64,000 nt of DNA, taken from Macrostomum lignano (Eukaryota). The position numbers and the translations under genes are program-made. Each line of letters begins with the position of its first letter. Within the stretch, counting starts at the first letter, position 1. Of this stretch, positions 25,801-40,800 are shown in pieces. The notes beneath the pieces were generated by a model. That model searched no databases. It saw only the letters and a list, made by a program, of their open reading frames with translations, and was not told where the DNA came from. The DNA lies in the NCBI GenBank assembly GCA_002269645.1, contig NIVC01002383.1, positions 1-64,000 on the forward strand. The letters are read 5' to 3'.

Positions 25801-28800
25801 AGTTTAAAGTATGGAAATAGTTTTTGCAATGCAGAGCTTTTAGTTTTCATATTTAAAGCAAACAATTTATATCCCTGAAATCAGCTTTGCAAGTTCTTTC
25901 CAGCAATATAAATTTTTTCTCTCAAAGTTAAAAACTCGAGCAACAGTTTGCGTTTGAAACTTTCTGATTTAAAGCATTGAAATATCGATTGTACGTTCAC
26001 TGCCTGCTAAAGAGGCCCGCAAGTTTATGCATTGAATTTCAAGGTTCAACAAAATCACAGGGCTGCCTATTGAAAATTAGAACACAAATCTTTGCGCAAT
26101 TGTCTATACAGTCAGCCAGTGAGCCAGGGTCCGATTGTACACATGCAGCCATTTAGAACGCCCCATCCCCCCACTGGAGAGAAAATACACTGCAGAGATA
26201 GGGAAAAGTTGTGGCGCAATCACTTGAAATTCATGCAAATTTTCAGCTCCAAGCAGAAAGAGGGGACAATTAAGATTATCAAAGGTCAAGACCGCCGTTT
26301 TCTGCTTTTTTGAGGATCTTAGAAATTAAAATTTCAGAATTAAAATAGCCTATAGCCGACCTCGGATAATTTCCAATCTTCCCATATAAGTTTCAACGCT
26401 GAGTTGGCACTATTCAAGGAGGAGTTGTCGAAATGACAGACAGACAGACAGACAAACAACACGTCAACTTTAGTATATACGAGTGGAACTCCTCCTTCGG
26501 AGGAGAAAGGGGAAGAACTCCCATCACCGGAATTCTATTCCCTGAAATATCCATCAACTGAAATTCCATGTCTTTAACCCTATCTTCCAAATCGTCTCCA
26601 AATTCTTTACAAAATCTTTCAAAGACCATAGCTCAAAGACTCTCAAGTCTCTCATATCTCCTCTCTCCTCTCTCTCATCTCATCTCTACCCTGCTCCCTT
26701 ATTTATCTCTTCTCCCTCGTCTTTCGTCTGTACCTTCTCCTGTCTTCTGTCTCCTCTCTTCACTCTTATCTCTCCCTCTTCTCTCCTCTCTCATATGTCA
26801 TCTCTACTCACTTATCTATCGTCTCTCTTAACCCTCTCTCTCTCTTCTCTTTTCTCTTCTCTCTGCTCTCATTTCTCATATTTCATATACGCTCTGACAC
26901 TACTTTCTTGTCTCCCATCTTTCTTCCTCCTTTTCACTATCCCCTGTCTCTTCTCTTCTCTCTTTTCTATTCTCTCCATTCTCTCTTTTCTCCTTTCCTT
27001 GCTCCTTTCATCTCTCTCCTCTCTCCTCACTCTCTTCTCCTTTCGCTTCTCTCTCCTCTCTCTCCTCTCATCTTTACTACCTTATTTATATCTTCTCCCT
27101 AGTCTTTCGTCTGTACTCTCTCCTGTCTCCTCTCTCCCCTCCTCTCTCATCCCTCATCTCCTCATCTCACTCTTTCTTTCTCCTCTACTCTCCCCTCTCT
27201 TCTATTGCCTCTGTACGCTCTTATCCCTCATCTATTCTCTCTCCTATCATCTCCAATCTGTCATGTCTAATCTCTCCACTCAATTATACTCTGTTTTCTA
27301 TCATCTCTTCTCTCTTCTCTTTTCAGTCTTCTCTTTACTCTCTTCTCTGACTGATTGAAGATGCCAAATCCATCAAGATCCTCTCCGCGAAGCAAAAATC
27401 CTGTCTGTGCAACTAAAAACCATCGAAATCCTCTCAGTGAAACTGGACTCCTTCGAAATCCTCTCCTTGAAACTTAAATCCATCAAAATTGTTTCCATAA
27501 AACAGAAATCAATCATAAATTATCTCCGCGAAACAGAAAGCCTCTCCGTGAAGCTGAACATGATCGAAATCCTCTCCGTGAAACTGAACACCATGGAAAT
27601 CCTTTCGTGAAACTGAACATCATCGAAATCCTCTCCACGAAACAGAAATCTTCTCCGTCAGAATTTAAACATTGAAATCGTCTCCGCTAAACTTGACTTA
27701 ATCGAATTTTTTCCGTCAAACAACTCAACTCGCCAGATTCATTAGGGTTAGGGTTAGGGTTAGGGTTAGGGTTAGAACTACGCACAGCTTCGTGTTAAAA
27801 GGCACAGATAAAAATATTGAACTAATTGAATCAATTCATTGCGCAACCGATTTCACAGTCAGTCAGTATCAGCCTCAGGTAAAGTTAACAAAAACATTGC
27901 GCAATCTAAATCGACCCTCCAATACACAGCAGCAGTGAGAAGTTGAACCCTCCCCCCAACAATCTTTGCAGATTAAAGTACAGTCTTTGCAGAAAGTTAA
28001 AAGTATGGAAATAGTTTTTCAAATGCTGTGCTTTTTCTTTTCATATTTAAAGCAAACAACTTATATCCCCGAACTCAGCGTTGCAAGATCTTGCCAGCAA
28101 TATAAGTTTCTCCTCTCAAAGTTTAAAACTCGAGGAACAGTTAGCGTTTGAAACTGTCTGATTTATAGCATTGAAGTATCGAGTGTACGTTCACTGCCTG
28201 CTTGCAAGTTGATGCATTGAATTTCAATGTCCAACAAATACACAGGACTGCCCATTGAAAGGCAGGAAAACTTATCAGTAGCCATATCATTGCGCAATTA
28301 TCTATAAAGTCAGCCAGTGAGCCAGGGTCCAAGTGTACACACGCAGCCACTGAGAACGCTCCCACCCCCCACTGGAAAGAAAATACACTGCATAGATAGG
28401 GAAAAGTTGTGGCGCAATCACTTGAAATTCATGCAAATTTTCAGCTCCAAGCAGAAAGAGGGGACAATTAAGATTATCAAAGGTCAAGACCGCCGTTTTC
28501 TGCTTTTTTTGAGGATCTTAGAAATTAAAATTTCAGAATTAAAATAGCCTATAGCCGACCTCGGATAATTTCCAATCTTCCCATATAGTGAGAAGCAGTG
28601 AGAAGTTGAACTCTCCCCCCAACTTTATATATTACGTCTCGCAAAACTGAGTACAATTTTTGCAGAAAGTTAAAAGTATGGAAATAGTTTTTTCAATGCT
28701 GTGCTTTTTCTTTTCATATTTAAAGCAAACAATTTATATCCCTGAAATCAGCTTTGCAAGTTCTTTCGAGCAATATTAATTTTTTCTCTCAAAGTTAAAA

Positions 28801-31800
28801 ACTCGAGCAACAGTTTGCGTTTGAAACTTTCTGATTTAAAGCATTGAAATATCAATTGTACGTTCACTGCCTGCTAAAGAGGCCCGCAAGTTTATGCATT
28901 GAATTTCAAGGTTCAACAAAACACAGGGCTGCCTATTGAAAATGAGAACACAAATCTTTGCGCAATTGTCTATAAAGTCAGCCGGTGAGCCAGGGTCCGA
29001 TTGTACACATGCAGCCATTTAGAACGCCCCATCCCCCACTGGAGAGAAAATACACTGCCAAGGTAGCAAAATTTTATGGCGCAATCACTTAAAATTCATG
29101 CAAATTTTCAGCTCCGAGCAGAAAGAGGGGACAAATAAAATTATCAAAGATCAAGATTCGAGTTTTCTGCTTTTTTGAGGATCTTAGAAATTTAAATTTT
29201 AGAATTAAAATAGCCTATAGCCGACCTCGGATAATTTCCAATCTTCCCATATAAGTTTCAACGCTGAGTTGCCACTATTCAAGGAGGAGTTGTCGAAATG
29301 ACACACACACACACAGACAGACAAACAACACGTCAACTTTAGTATATATAGACGAGGCCAACTCCTCCTTCGGAGAAGAAAGGGGAAGAACTCCAATCAG
29401 CGGAATTCCATTCCCTGAACTCCATCAGCGGAATCCCATTTTCCAACACCTCTCCGCGCAACAGAAATCGTCTCCGTGAAACTGAACACTATCGAAATCC
29501 TCTCCGTGAAACTGAACACCATCGAAATATTCTCCGCGAAATAGAAATCCTCTCCGTGAAACTGGACTAAATCGAAATTTCTACGTCAAACAGCCTAGCT
29601 CTCAGAATTCATTGGTTAGGGTTAGGGTTAGGGTTAGAGCTACACACAGCTGCGTGTTGAAAGGCGCCGTAAAAACATTGAACCAATTAAATTGCGCAAC
29701 TTATTTCTCAGGCAGTCAGTATCAGCCTCAGTTAAAGTTAACACAAAGATTGCGCAATCTAAATCAACCCTCCAATACACAGCAACCGACCCCCTTCCAA
29801 TACGCAGTGCAGCTAGAAATTGAACCCCCCCCCACCAACTATTGGGGGGTCGGTCGAACCCCCATTGAACTCCAAAATGAGAACAATCTTTGCAGAAAGC
29901 TAAAAGTATGAAAATCTTTTCTTGAATGCTGTGAATTTAATTTTCATATTTAAAGCAAAAAACTTATATCCCCGAACTCAGCGCTGCAAGCTCTTTCCAG
30001 CAATAAAAGTCTCGTCTCTCAAAGTTAAAAAATCGAGCAACAGTTAGCGTTTGAAACTTTTTGATTTTAAGCATTGAAATATCGAGTGTACGTTCACTGC
30101 CTGCTAAAGATGCTCGCGAGTTTATGCATTAAAATGCACTGAATTTCACTGTGCAAAAAATACACAGGGCTTCCTGTTAAAAAACAGAACACAAATAGTT
30201 GCGCAATTGTCTATAAAGTCAGCCAGTGAGCCAGGGTCCGATTGTACACACGCCGCCAATGAGAACGCGCCCATTCCCCCACAGGAGAGAAAATGCACTG
30301 GCGACATAGGAAAAAGTTGTGGCGCAATCACTCAAAATTTATGCCAATTTTCAGCTCCGAGCAGAAAAAGTGTCCAGAGAAGGTTAGGAAATCAGATTTC
30401 TGCTTTTTTAGGGATCTTAAAATTAAAAAATGAAAGATTAAAACAGCCTAAAGCCGATTCCGGAAAATTTGCAGTATTCCCATATAAGTTTCAACGCTGA
30501 GTTGCACGTAGTCTAGGAGGAGATATCCTACAAACAAACAGACAAACAAACAAACAAACAACGCACCAACTTTAGTATTAAGATAGATAGACGAGGCCAA
30601 CTCCTCCTTCGGAGAAGAAAGGGGAAGAACTCCAATCAGCGGAATTCCATTCCCTGAACTCCATCAGCGGAATCCCATTTTCCAACACCTCTCCGCGCAA
30701 CAGAAATCGTCTCCGTGAAACTGAACACTATCGAAATCCTCTCCGTGAAACTGAACACCATCGAAATATTCTCCGCGAAATAGAAATCCTCTCCGTGAAA
30801 CTGGACTAAATCGAAATTTCTACGTCAAACAGCCCAGCTCTCAGAATTCATTGGTTAGGGTTAGGGTTAGGGTTAGAGCTACACACAGCTGCGTGTTGAA
30901 AGGCGCCGTAAAAACATTGAACCAATTAAATTGCGCAACTTATTTCTCAGGCAGTCAGTATCAGCGTCGGTTAAAGTTAACAAAAAGATTGCGCAATCTA
31001 AATCAACCCTCAAATACACAGCAACCGACCCCCTTCCAATACGCAGTGCAGCTAGAAATTGAACCCCCCCCACCAACTATTGGGGGTCGGTCGAACCCCC
31101 ATTGAACTCCAAAATGAGCACAATCTTTGCAGAAAGCTAAAAGTATGAAAATCTTTTCCTGAAAGCTGTGAATTTAATTTTCATATTTAAAGCAAAAAAC
31201 TTATATCCCCGAACTCATCGCAGCAAGATCTTTCCAGCAATATAAGTCTCTCCTCTCTAAGTTCAAAACTCGAGCAACAGTTAGTGTTTGAAACTTTCTG
31301 ATTTTAAGCATTGAAATATCGAGTGTACGTTCACTGCCTGCTAAAGATGCTCGCAAGTTTATGCATTAAAATGCACTGAATTTCACTGTGCAAAAAATAC
31401 ACAGGGCTTCCTGTTAAAAAACAGAACACAAATAGTTGCGCAATTGTCTATAAAGTCAGCCAGTGAGCCAGGGTCCAATTGTACACACGCCGCCAATGAG
31501 AACGCGCCCATTCCCCCACAGGAGAGAAAATGCACTGGCGACATAGGAAAAAGTTGTGGCGTAATCACTCAAAATTTATGCAAATTTTCAGCTCCGAGCA
31601 GAAAAAGTGTCCAGAGAAGGTTAGGAAATCAGATTTCTGCTTTTTTAGGGATCTTAAAATTAAAAAATGAAAGATTAAAACAGCCTAAAGCCGATTCCGG
31701 AAAATTTGCAGTATTCCCATATAAGTTTCAACGCTGAGTTGCACGTAGTCTAGGAGGAGATATCCTACAAACAAACAGACAAACAAACAAACAAACAACG

Positions 31801-34800
31801 CACCAACTTTAGTATATACGAGTGGAACTCCTCCTCCGGAGGAGAAAGGGGAAGAACTCCCATCACCGGAATTCCATTCCCTGAAATCAATCAGCTGAAA
31901 CTCCATGACTTGAATCCCATCTTCCAAATCATCTCCAAATCCTCTGTAAAGCCTTTTTGCTCTCCTCTTTGCCCTCTCATCTCTACAGTGTAGTCTCTTA
32001 TCTCTTCTCTCTAATCTGCTTTCCATCTCTAGTCTCTCATCTCTGCTCTCTCTTCTTTGCTATCTTATATCTAGTCTCTCCTCTCTCTCCTCTCATCTCT
32101 ACTCCCTTATGTATCTCTTCTCCTTCGTCTTTCGTCTGTACCCTCTCCTGTCTCTTGTCTCCTCTCTTCTTTCATATCTCTCCTCTTCACTTCTGTCTCC
32201 TGTCTCCTCTCTTCTCTCTTATCTCTCCCTCTTCTCTCCTCTCTCATATGTCATCTCTACTCACTTATCTATCGTCTCTCTTAACCCTCTCTCTTCTCTT
32301 TTCTCTTCTCTCTGCTCTCATTTCTCATATCTCATATACGCTCTCAGACTCTACTTTCTTGTCTCCCATCTTTCTTTCCTCCTTTCCACTATCCCCTGTC
32401 TCTTCTCTTCTCTCTTTTCTATCCTCTTCATTCTCTCTTCTCTCCTCTCCTTGCTCCTTTCATCTTCTCCCCTCTCTTCTCTAATCTCTAATCTCTCCTC
32501 TCTCATATCTACTCTCTTTTCTATAATCTCTTTTCTCTGTTCTCTTTTCTCTTTTCTCTCGCATCGGAAGAATTCCCATCACCGGAATTCGATTTCCTGG
32601 ACTCCATTAGCTGAATTCCATAACCCGAGTTGCATCATCCAACTCCTCTCCGAAGACAAAAAGATCCTCTCCGTGAAACTGGACTCAACCGAAATTTTCT
32701 CCGTCAAACAGAACTCAACTCTCAGGATTCAGTGGCTAGGGTTAGGGTTAGGGTTAGAGCTACACACAGCTGCGTGTTGAAAGGCACCAATAATAAAAAA
32801 TTGAACTAATTGAAGCAACAGATTGAGCAATCGATTTCTCAGTCAGCCAGTATCAGTCTCAGTTCAAGTTAGCAAAATGATTGCGCAATTTAAATCAACC
32901 ATCCAATACACAGCCACCGCCCCCTTCCAATACGCAGTGGCAAGTAGAAGTTGAACCCCCCCCCCAACTTTATCTCTGACCTATCGCAAAAATAAGTACA
33001 ATCTTTGCAAAAGTATTTAAATCGTTTTTGAATGCTGTGCTTTTAGTTTTCATATTTAAAGCAAAAAACCTATATCCCTGAACTCAACGCTACAAACTCT
33101 TTCCAGCAATATAAGTCTCTCCTCTCAAAGTTAAAAAATCGAGCAACAGTTAGCATTTGAAATTTTCTGATTTAAAGCATTGAAATATCGAGTGTACGTT
33201 CACTGCCTGCAGCAGTGGGAGGCTCGCAAGTTTATTCATTGAATTTCACTGTCCAAAACTACACAGGGCAGCCTATTGAAAATCAGAACACATATCGTTG
33301 CGCAATTGTCTATACAATCAGCCAGTGAGCTAGGGTCCGATTGTACACACGCAGCCACTGAGAACGCGACCATCCCCCCACTGGAGAGAAAATACACTGC
33401 AGAGATAGGAGAAAGTTATGGCGCAATCGCTCAAAATTCATGCAAATTTTCAGCTCCAAGCAGAAAGAGGGTACAATTAAGATTATCAAAGGTCAAAACC
33501 GCCGTTTTCTGCTTTTTTAGGGATCTTAAAATGTAAAAATGAAAGATTAAAATAGCCTAAAGCCATCCTCGGAAAATTTGCAGTTTTCCAATATAAGTTT
33601 CAACGCTGAGTTGCAAGTATTCTAGGAGGAGTTATGCAACAGACAAACAAACACACAAACATCGCACCAACTTTAGTATATACGAGTGGAACTCCTCCTT
33701 CGGAGGAGAAAGGGGAAGAACTCCCATCACCGGAATTCTATTCCCTGAAATATCCATCAACTGAAATTCCATGTCTTTAACCCTATCTTCCAAATCGTCT
33801 CCAAATTCTTTACAAAATCTTTCAAAGACCATAGCTCAAAGACTCTCAAGTCTCTCATATCTCCTCTCTCCTCTCTCTCATCTCATCTCTACCCATGCTC
33901 CCTTATTTATCTCTTCTCCCTCGTCTTTCGTCTGTACCTTCTCCTGTCTTCTGTCTCCTCTCTTCACTCTTATCTCTCCTCTTCTCTCCTCTCTCATATG
34001 TCATCTCTACTCACTTATCTATCGTCTCTCTTAACCCTCTCTCTCTCTTCTCTTTTCTCTTCTCTCTGCTCTCATTTCTCATATTTCATATACGCTCTGA
34101 CACTACTTTCTTGTCTCCCATCTTTCTTCCTCCTTTTCACTATCCCCTGTCTCTTCTCTTCTCTCTTTTCTATTCTCTCCATTCTCTCTTTTCTCCTTTC
34201 CTTGCTCCTTTCATCTCTCTCCTCTCTCCTCACTCTCTTCTCCTTTCGCTTCTCTCTCCTCTCTCTCCTCTCATCTTTACTACCTTATTTATATCTTCTC
34301 CCTAGTCTTTCGTCTGTACTCTCTCCTGTCTCCTCTCTCCCTCCTCTCTCATCCCTCATCTCCTCATCTCACTCTTTCTTTCTCCTCTACTCTCCCCTCT
34401 CTTCTATTGCCTCTGTACGCTCTTATCCCTCATCTATTCTCTCTCCTATCATCTCCAATCTGTCATGTCTAATCTCTCCACTCAATTATACTCTGTTTTC
34501 TATCATCTCTTCTCTCTTCTCTTTTCAGTCTTCTCTTTACTCTCTTCTCTGACTGATTGAAGATGCCAAATCCATCAAGATCCTCTCCGCGAAGCAAAAA
34601 TCCTGTCTGTGCAACTAAAAACCATCGAAATCCTCTCAGTGAAACTGGACTCCTTCGAAATCCTCTCCTTGAAACTTAAATCCATCAAAATTGTTTCCAT
34701 AAAACAGAAATCAATCATAAATTATCTCCGCGAAACAGAAAGCCTCTCCGTGAAGCTGAACATGATCGAAATCCTCTCCGTGAAACTGAACACCATGGAA

Positions 34801-37800
34801 ATCCTTTCGTGAAACTGAACATCATCGAAATCCTCTCCACGAAACAGAAATCTTCTCCGTCAGAATTTAAACATTGAAATCGTCTCCGCTAAACTTGACT
34901 TAATCGAATTTTTTCCGTCAAACAACTCAACTCGCCAGATTCATTAGGGTTAGGGTTAGGGTTAGGGTTAGGGTTAGAACTACGCACAGCTTCGTGTTAA
35001 AAGGCACAGATAAAAATATTGAACTAATTGAATCAATTCATTGCGCAACCGATTTCACAGTCAGTCAGTATCAGCCTCAGGTAAAGTTAACAAAAACATT
35101 GCGCAATCTAAATCAACCCTCCAATACACAGCAGCAGTGAGAAGTTGAACCCTCCCCCCAACAATCTTTGCAGATTAAAGTACAATCTTTGCAGAAAGTT
35201 AAAGCTGTGCTTTTTCTTTTCATATTTAAAGCAAACAACTTATATCCCCGAACTCAGCGTTGCAAGATCTTGCCAGCAATATAAGTTTCTCCTCTCAAAG
35301 TTTAAAACTCGAGGAACAGTTAGCGTTTGAAACTGTCTGATTTATAGCATTGAAGTATCGAGTGTACGTTCACTGCCTGCTTGCAAGTTGATGCATTGAA
35401 TTTCAATGTCCAACAAATACACAGGACTGCCCATTGAAAGGCAGGAAAACTTATCAGTAGCCATATCATTGCGCAATTATCTATAGTCAAGTCAGCCAAG
35501 TGAAGAAAACGCACACTGCAGAGATAGGGAAAAGTTGTGGCGCAATCACTAAAAATTCATGCATTTTCAGCTCCAAGCAGAAAGAGGGGACAATTAAGAT
35601 TATTAAAGGTCAAGACCGCCGTTTTCTGCTTTTTTGAGGATCTTAGAAATTAAAATTTCAGAATTAAAATAGCCTATAGCCGACCTCGGATAATTTCCAA
35701 TCTTCCCATATAAGTTTCAACGCTGAGTTGCCACTATTCAAGGAGGAGTTGTCGAAATGACACACACACACAGACAGACAAACAACACGTCAACTTTAGT
35801 ATATACGAGGCCAACTCCTCCTTCGGAGAAGAAAGGGGAAGAACTCCAATCAGCGGAATTCCATTCCCTGAACTCCATCAGCGGAATCCCATTTTCCAAC
35901 ACCTCTCCGCGCAACAGAAATCGTCTCCGTGAAACTGAACACTATCGAAATCCTCTCCGTGAAACTGAACACCATCGAAATATTCTCCGCGAAATAGAAA
36001 TCCTCTCCGTGAAACTGGACTAAATCGAAATTTCTACGTCAAACAGCCCAGCTCTCAGAATTCATTGGTTAGGGTTAGGGTTAGGGTTAGAGCTACACAC
36101 AGCTGCGTGTTGAAAGGCGCCGTAAAAACATTGAACCAATTAAATTGCGCAACTTATTTCTCAGGCAGTCAGTATCAGCCTCAGTTAAAGTTAACAAAAA
36201 GATTGCGCAATCTAAATCAACCCTCAAATACACAGCAACCGACCCCCTTCCAATACGCAGTGCAGCTAGAAATTGAACCCCCCCACCAACTATTGGGGGG
36301 TCGGTCGAACCCCCATTGAACTCCAAAATGAGCACAATCTTTGCAGAAAGCTAAAAGTATGAAAATCTTTTCTTGAATGCTGTGAATTTAATTTTCATAT
36401 TTAAAGCAAAAAACTTATATCCCCGAACTCATTGCAGCAAGATCTTTCCAGCAATATAAGTCTCTCCTCTCTAAGTTCAAAACTCGAGCAACAGTTAGTG
36501 TTTGAAACTTTCTGATTTTAAGCATTGAAATATCGAGTGTACGTTCACTGCCTGCTAAAGATGCTCGCAAGTTTATGCATTAAAATGCACTGAATTTCAC
36601 TGTGCAAAAAATACACAGGGCTTCCTGTTAAAAAACAGAACACAAATAGTTGCGCAATTGTCTATAAAGTCAGTCAGTGAGCCAGGGTTCAAGTGTACAC
36701 ACGCAGCCACTGAGAACGCGACCATTCCCCCACTTGAGAGAAAATACACTGCCAAGATAGAAAAATTTTATGGCGCAATCACTAAAATTGATGCAAATTT
36801 TCAGCTCCAAGCAGAAAGAGGGGACAATTAAGATTATCAAAGGTCAAGACCGCCATTTTCTGCTTTTTTAGGGATCTTAAAAATTGAAAATGAAAGATTA
36901 AAATAGCCTAAAGCCATCCTCGGAAAATTTGCAGTTTTCCCATATAAGTTTCAACGCTGACTTGCAAGTATTCTAGGAGGAGTTATCCAACAAACACACA
37001 CACACACAGACAAACAACGCACCAACTTTAGTATTAACGAGGCCAACTCCTCCTTCGGAGAAGAAAGGGGAAGAACTCCAATCAGCGGAATTCCATTCCC
37101 TGAACTCCATCAGCGGAATCCCATTTTCCAACACCTCTCCGCGCAACAGAAATCGTCTCCGTGAAACTGAACACTATCGAAATCCTCTCCGTGAAACTGA
37201 ACACCATCGAAATATTCTCCGCGAAATAGAAATCCTCTCCGTGAAACTGGACTAAATCGAAATTTCTACGTCAAACAGCCCAGCTCTCAGAATTCATTGG
37301 TTAGGGTTAGGGTTAGAGCTACACACAGCTGCGTGTTGAAAGGCGCCGTAAAAACATTGAACCAATTAAATTGCGCAACTTATTTCTCAGGCAGTCAGTA
37401 TCAGCGTCGGTTAAAGTTAACAAAAAGATTGCGCAATCTAAATCAACCCTCCAATACACAGCAACCGACCCCCTTCCAATACGCAGTGCAGCTAGAAATT
37501 GAACCCCCCTACCAACTATTGGGGGGTCGGTCGAACCCCCATTGAACTCCAAAATGAGCAAATCTTTGCAGAAAGCTAAAAGTATGAAAATCTTTTCTTG
37601 AATGCTGTGAATTTAATTTTCATATTTAAAGCAAAAAACTTATATCCCCGAACTCATCGCAGCAAGATCTTTCCAGCAATATAAGTCTCTCCTCTCTAAG
37701 TTCAAAACTCGAGCAACAGTTAGTGTTTGAAACTTTCTGATTTTAAGCATTGAAATATCGAGTGTACGTTCACTGCCTGCTAAAGATGCTCGCAAGTTTA

Positions 37801-40800
37801 TGCATTAAAATGCACTGAATTTCACTGTGCAAAAAATACACAGGGCTTCCTGTTAAAATAAAGTCAGCCAGTGAGCCAGGGTCCGATTGTACACACGCCG
37901 CCAATGAGAACGCGCCCATTCCCCCACAGGAGAGAAAATGCACTGGCGACATAGGAAAAAGTTGTGGCGTAATCACTCAAAATTTATGCCAATTTTCAGC
38001 TCCGAGCAGAAAGAGGGGACAAATAAAATTATCAAAGGTCAGAATTGCTGCTTCCTGCTTTTTTAGGGATCTTAAAATTTTAAAAATGAAAGATTAAAAT
38101 AGCCTAAAGCCATCCTCGGAAAATTTGCAGTTTTCCCATATAAGTTTCAACGCTGAGTTGCAAGTATTCTAGGAGGAGTTATCCAACAAACACACATACA
38201 TACAGACAAACAACGCACCAGTTTTAGTATTAAAGGCCAACTCCTCCTTCGGAGAAGAAAGGGGAAGAACTCCAATCAGCGGAATTCCATTCCCTGAACT
38301 CCATCAGCGGAATCCCATTTTCCAACACCTCTCCGCGCAACAGAAATCGTCTCCGTGAAACTGAACACTATCGAAATCCTCTCCGTGAAACTGAACACCA
38401 TCGAAATATTCTCCGCGAAATAGAAATCCTCTCCGTGAAACTGGACTAAATCGAAATTTCTACGTCAAACAGCCCAGCTCTCAGAATTCATTGGTTAGGG
38501 TTAGGGTTAGGGTTAGAGCTACACACAGCTGCGTGTTGAAAGGCGCCGTAAAAACATTGAACCAATTAAATTGCGCAACTTATTTCTCAGGCAGTCAGTA
38601 TCAGCCTCAGTTAAAGTTAACAAAAAGATTGCGCAATCTAAATCAACCCTCCAATACACAGCAACCGACCCCCTTCCAATACGCAGTGCAGCTAGAAATT
38701 GAACCCCCCCCACCAACTATTGGGGGGTCGGTCGAACCCCCATTGAACTCCAAAATGAGAACAATCTTTGCAGAAAGCTAAAAGTATGAAAATCTTTTCT
38801 TGAATGCTGTGAATTTAATTTTCATATTTAAAGCAAAAAACTTATATCCCCGAACTCAGCGCTGCAAGCTCTTTCCAGCAATAAAGTCTCTCTCTCAAAG
38901 TTCAAAATCGAGCAACAGTTAGCGTTTGAAACTTTCTGATTTTAAGCATTGAAATATCGAGTGTACTTCACTGCCTGCTAAAGATGCTCGCGAGTTTATG
39001 CATTAAAATGCACTGAATTTCACTGTGCAAAAAATACACAGGGCTTCCTGTTAAAAAACAGAACACAAATAGTTGCGCAATTGTCTATAAAGTCAGCCAG
39101 TGAGCCAGGGTCCGATTGTACACACGCCGCCAATGAGAACGCGCCCATTCCCCCACAGGAGAGAAAATGCACTGGCGACATAGGAAAAAGTTGTGGCGTA
39201 ATCACTCAAAATTTATGCAATTTTCAGCTCCGAGCAGAAAAAGTGTCCAGAGAAGGTTAGGAAATCAGATTTCTGCTTTTTTAGGGATCTTAAAATTAAA
39301 AAATGAAAGATTAAAACAGCCTAAAGCCGATTCCGGAAAATTTGCAGTATTCCCATATAAGTTTCAACGCTGAGTTGCACGTAGTCTAGGAGGAGATATC
39401 CTACAAACAAACAGACAAACAAACAAACAAACAACGCACCAACTTTAGTATTAAGAGAGTGGAACTCCTCCTTCGGAGGAGAAAGGGGAAGAACTCCCAT
39501 CACCGGAATTCTATTCCCTGAAATATCCATCAACTGAAATTCCATGTCTTTAACCCTATCTTCCAAATCGTCTCCAAATTCTTTACAAAATCTTTCAAAG
39601 ACCATAGCTCAAAGACTCTCAAGTCTCTCATATCTCCTCTCTCCTCTCTCTCATCTCATCTCTACCCCTGCTCCCTTATTTATCTCTTCTCCCTCGTCTT
39701 TCGTCTGTACCTTCTCCTGTCTTCTGTCTCCTCTCTTCACTCTTATCTCTCCCTCTTCTCTCCTCTCTCATATGTCATCTCTACTCACTTATCTATCGTC
39801 TCTCTTAACCCTCTCTCTCTCTTCTCTTTTCTCTTCTCTCTGCTCTCATTTCTCATATTTCATATACGCTCTGACACTACTTTCTTGTCTCCCATCTTTC
39901 TTCCTCCTTTTCACTATCCCCTGTCTCTTCTCTTCTCTCTTTTCTATTCTCTCCATTCTCTCTTTTCTCATTTCCTTGCTCCTTTCATCTCTCTCCTCTC
40001 TCCTCACTCTCTTCTCCTTTCGCTTCTCTCTCCTCTCTCTCCTCTCATCTTTACTACCTTATTTATATCTTCTCCTTAGTCTTTCGTCTGTACTCTCTCC
40101 TGTCTCCTCTCTCCCCTGCTCTCTCATCCCTCATCTCCTCATCTCACTCTTTCTTTCTCCTCTACTCTCCCCTCTCTTATATTGCCTCTGTACGCTCTTA
40201 TCCCTCATCTATTCTCTCTCCTATCATCTCCAATCTGTCATGTCTAATCTCTCCACTCAATTATACTCTGTTTTCTATCATCTCTTCTCTCTTCTCTTTT
40301 CAGTCTTCTCTTTACTCTCTTCTCTGACTGATTGAAGATGCCAAATCCATCAAGATCCTCTCCGCGAAGCAAAAATCCTGTCTGTGCAACTAAAAACCAT
40401 CGAAATCCTCTCAGTGAAACTGGACTCCTTCGAAATCCTCTCCTTGAAACTTAAATCCATCAAAATTGTTTCCATAAAACAGAAATCAATCATAAATTAT
40501 CTCCGCGAAACAGAAAGCCTCTCCGTGAAGCTGAACATGATCGAAATCCTCTCCGTGAAACTGAACACCATGGAAATCCTTTCGTGAAACTGAACATCAT
40601 CGAAATCCTCTCCACGAAACAGAAATCTTCTCCGTCAGAATCTAAACATTGAAATCGTCTCCGTTAAACTTGACTTAATCGAATTTTTTCCGTCAAACAA
40701 CTCAACTCGCCAGATTCATTAGGGTTAGGGTTAGGGTTAGGGTTAGGGTTAGAACTACGCACAGCTTCGTGTTAAAAGGCACAGATAAAAATATTGAACT

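Noticed and set aside
1746-38781. Recurrent MVRVRVRV.. ORFs and other short ORFs repeated in each unit
   Set aside because: They start from TTG in front of the TTAGGG tract; lengths and frames vary between copies, so they recur only because the DNA is repeated.
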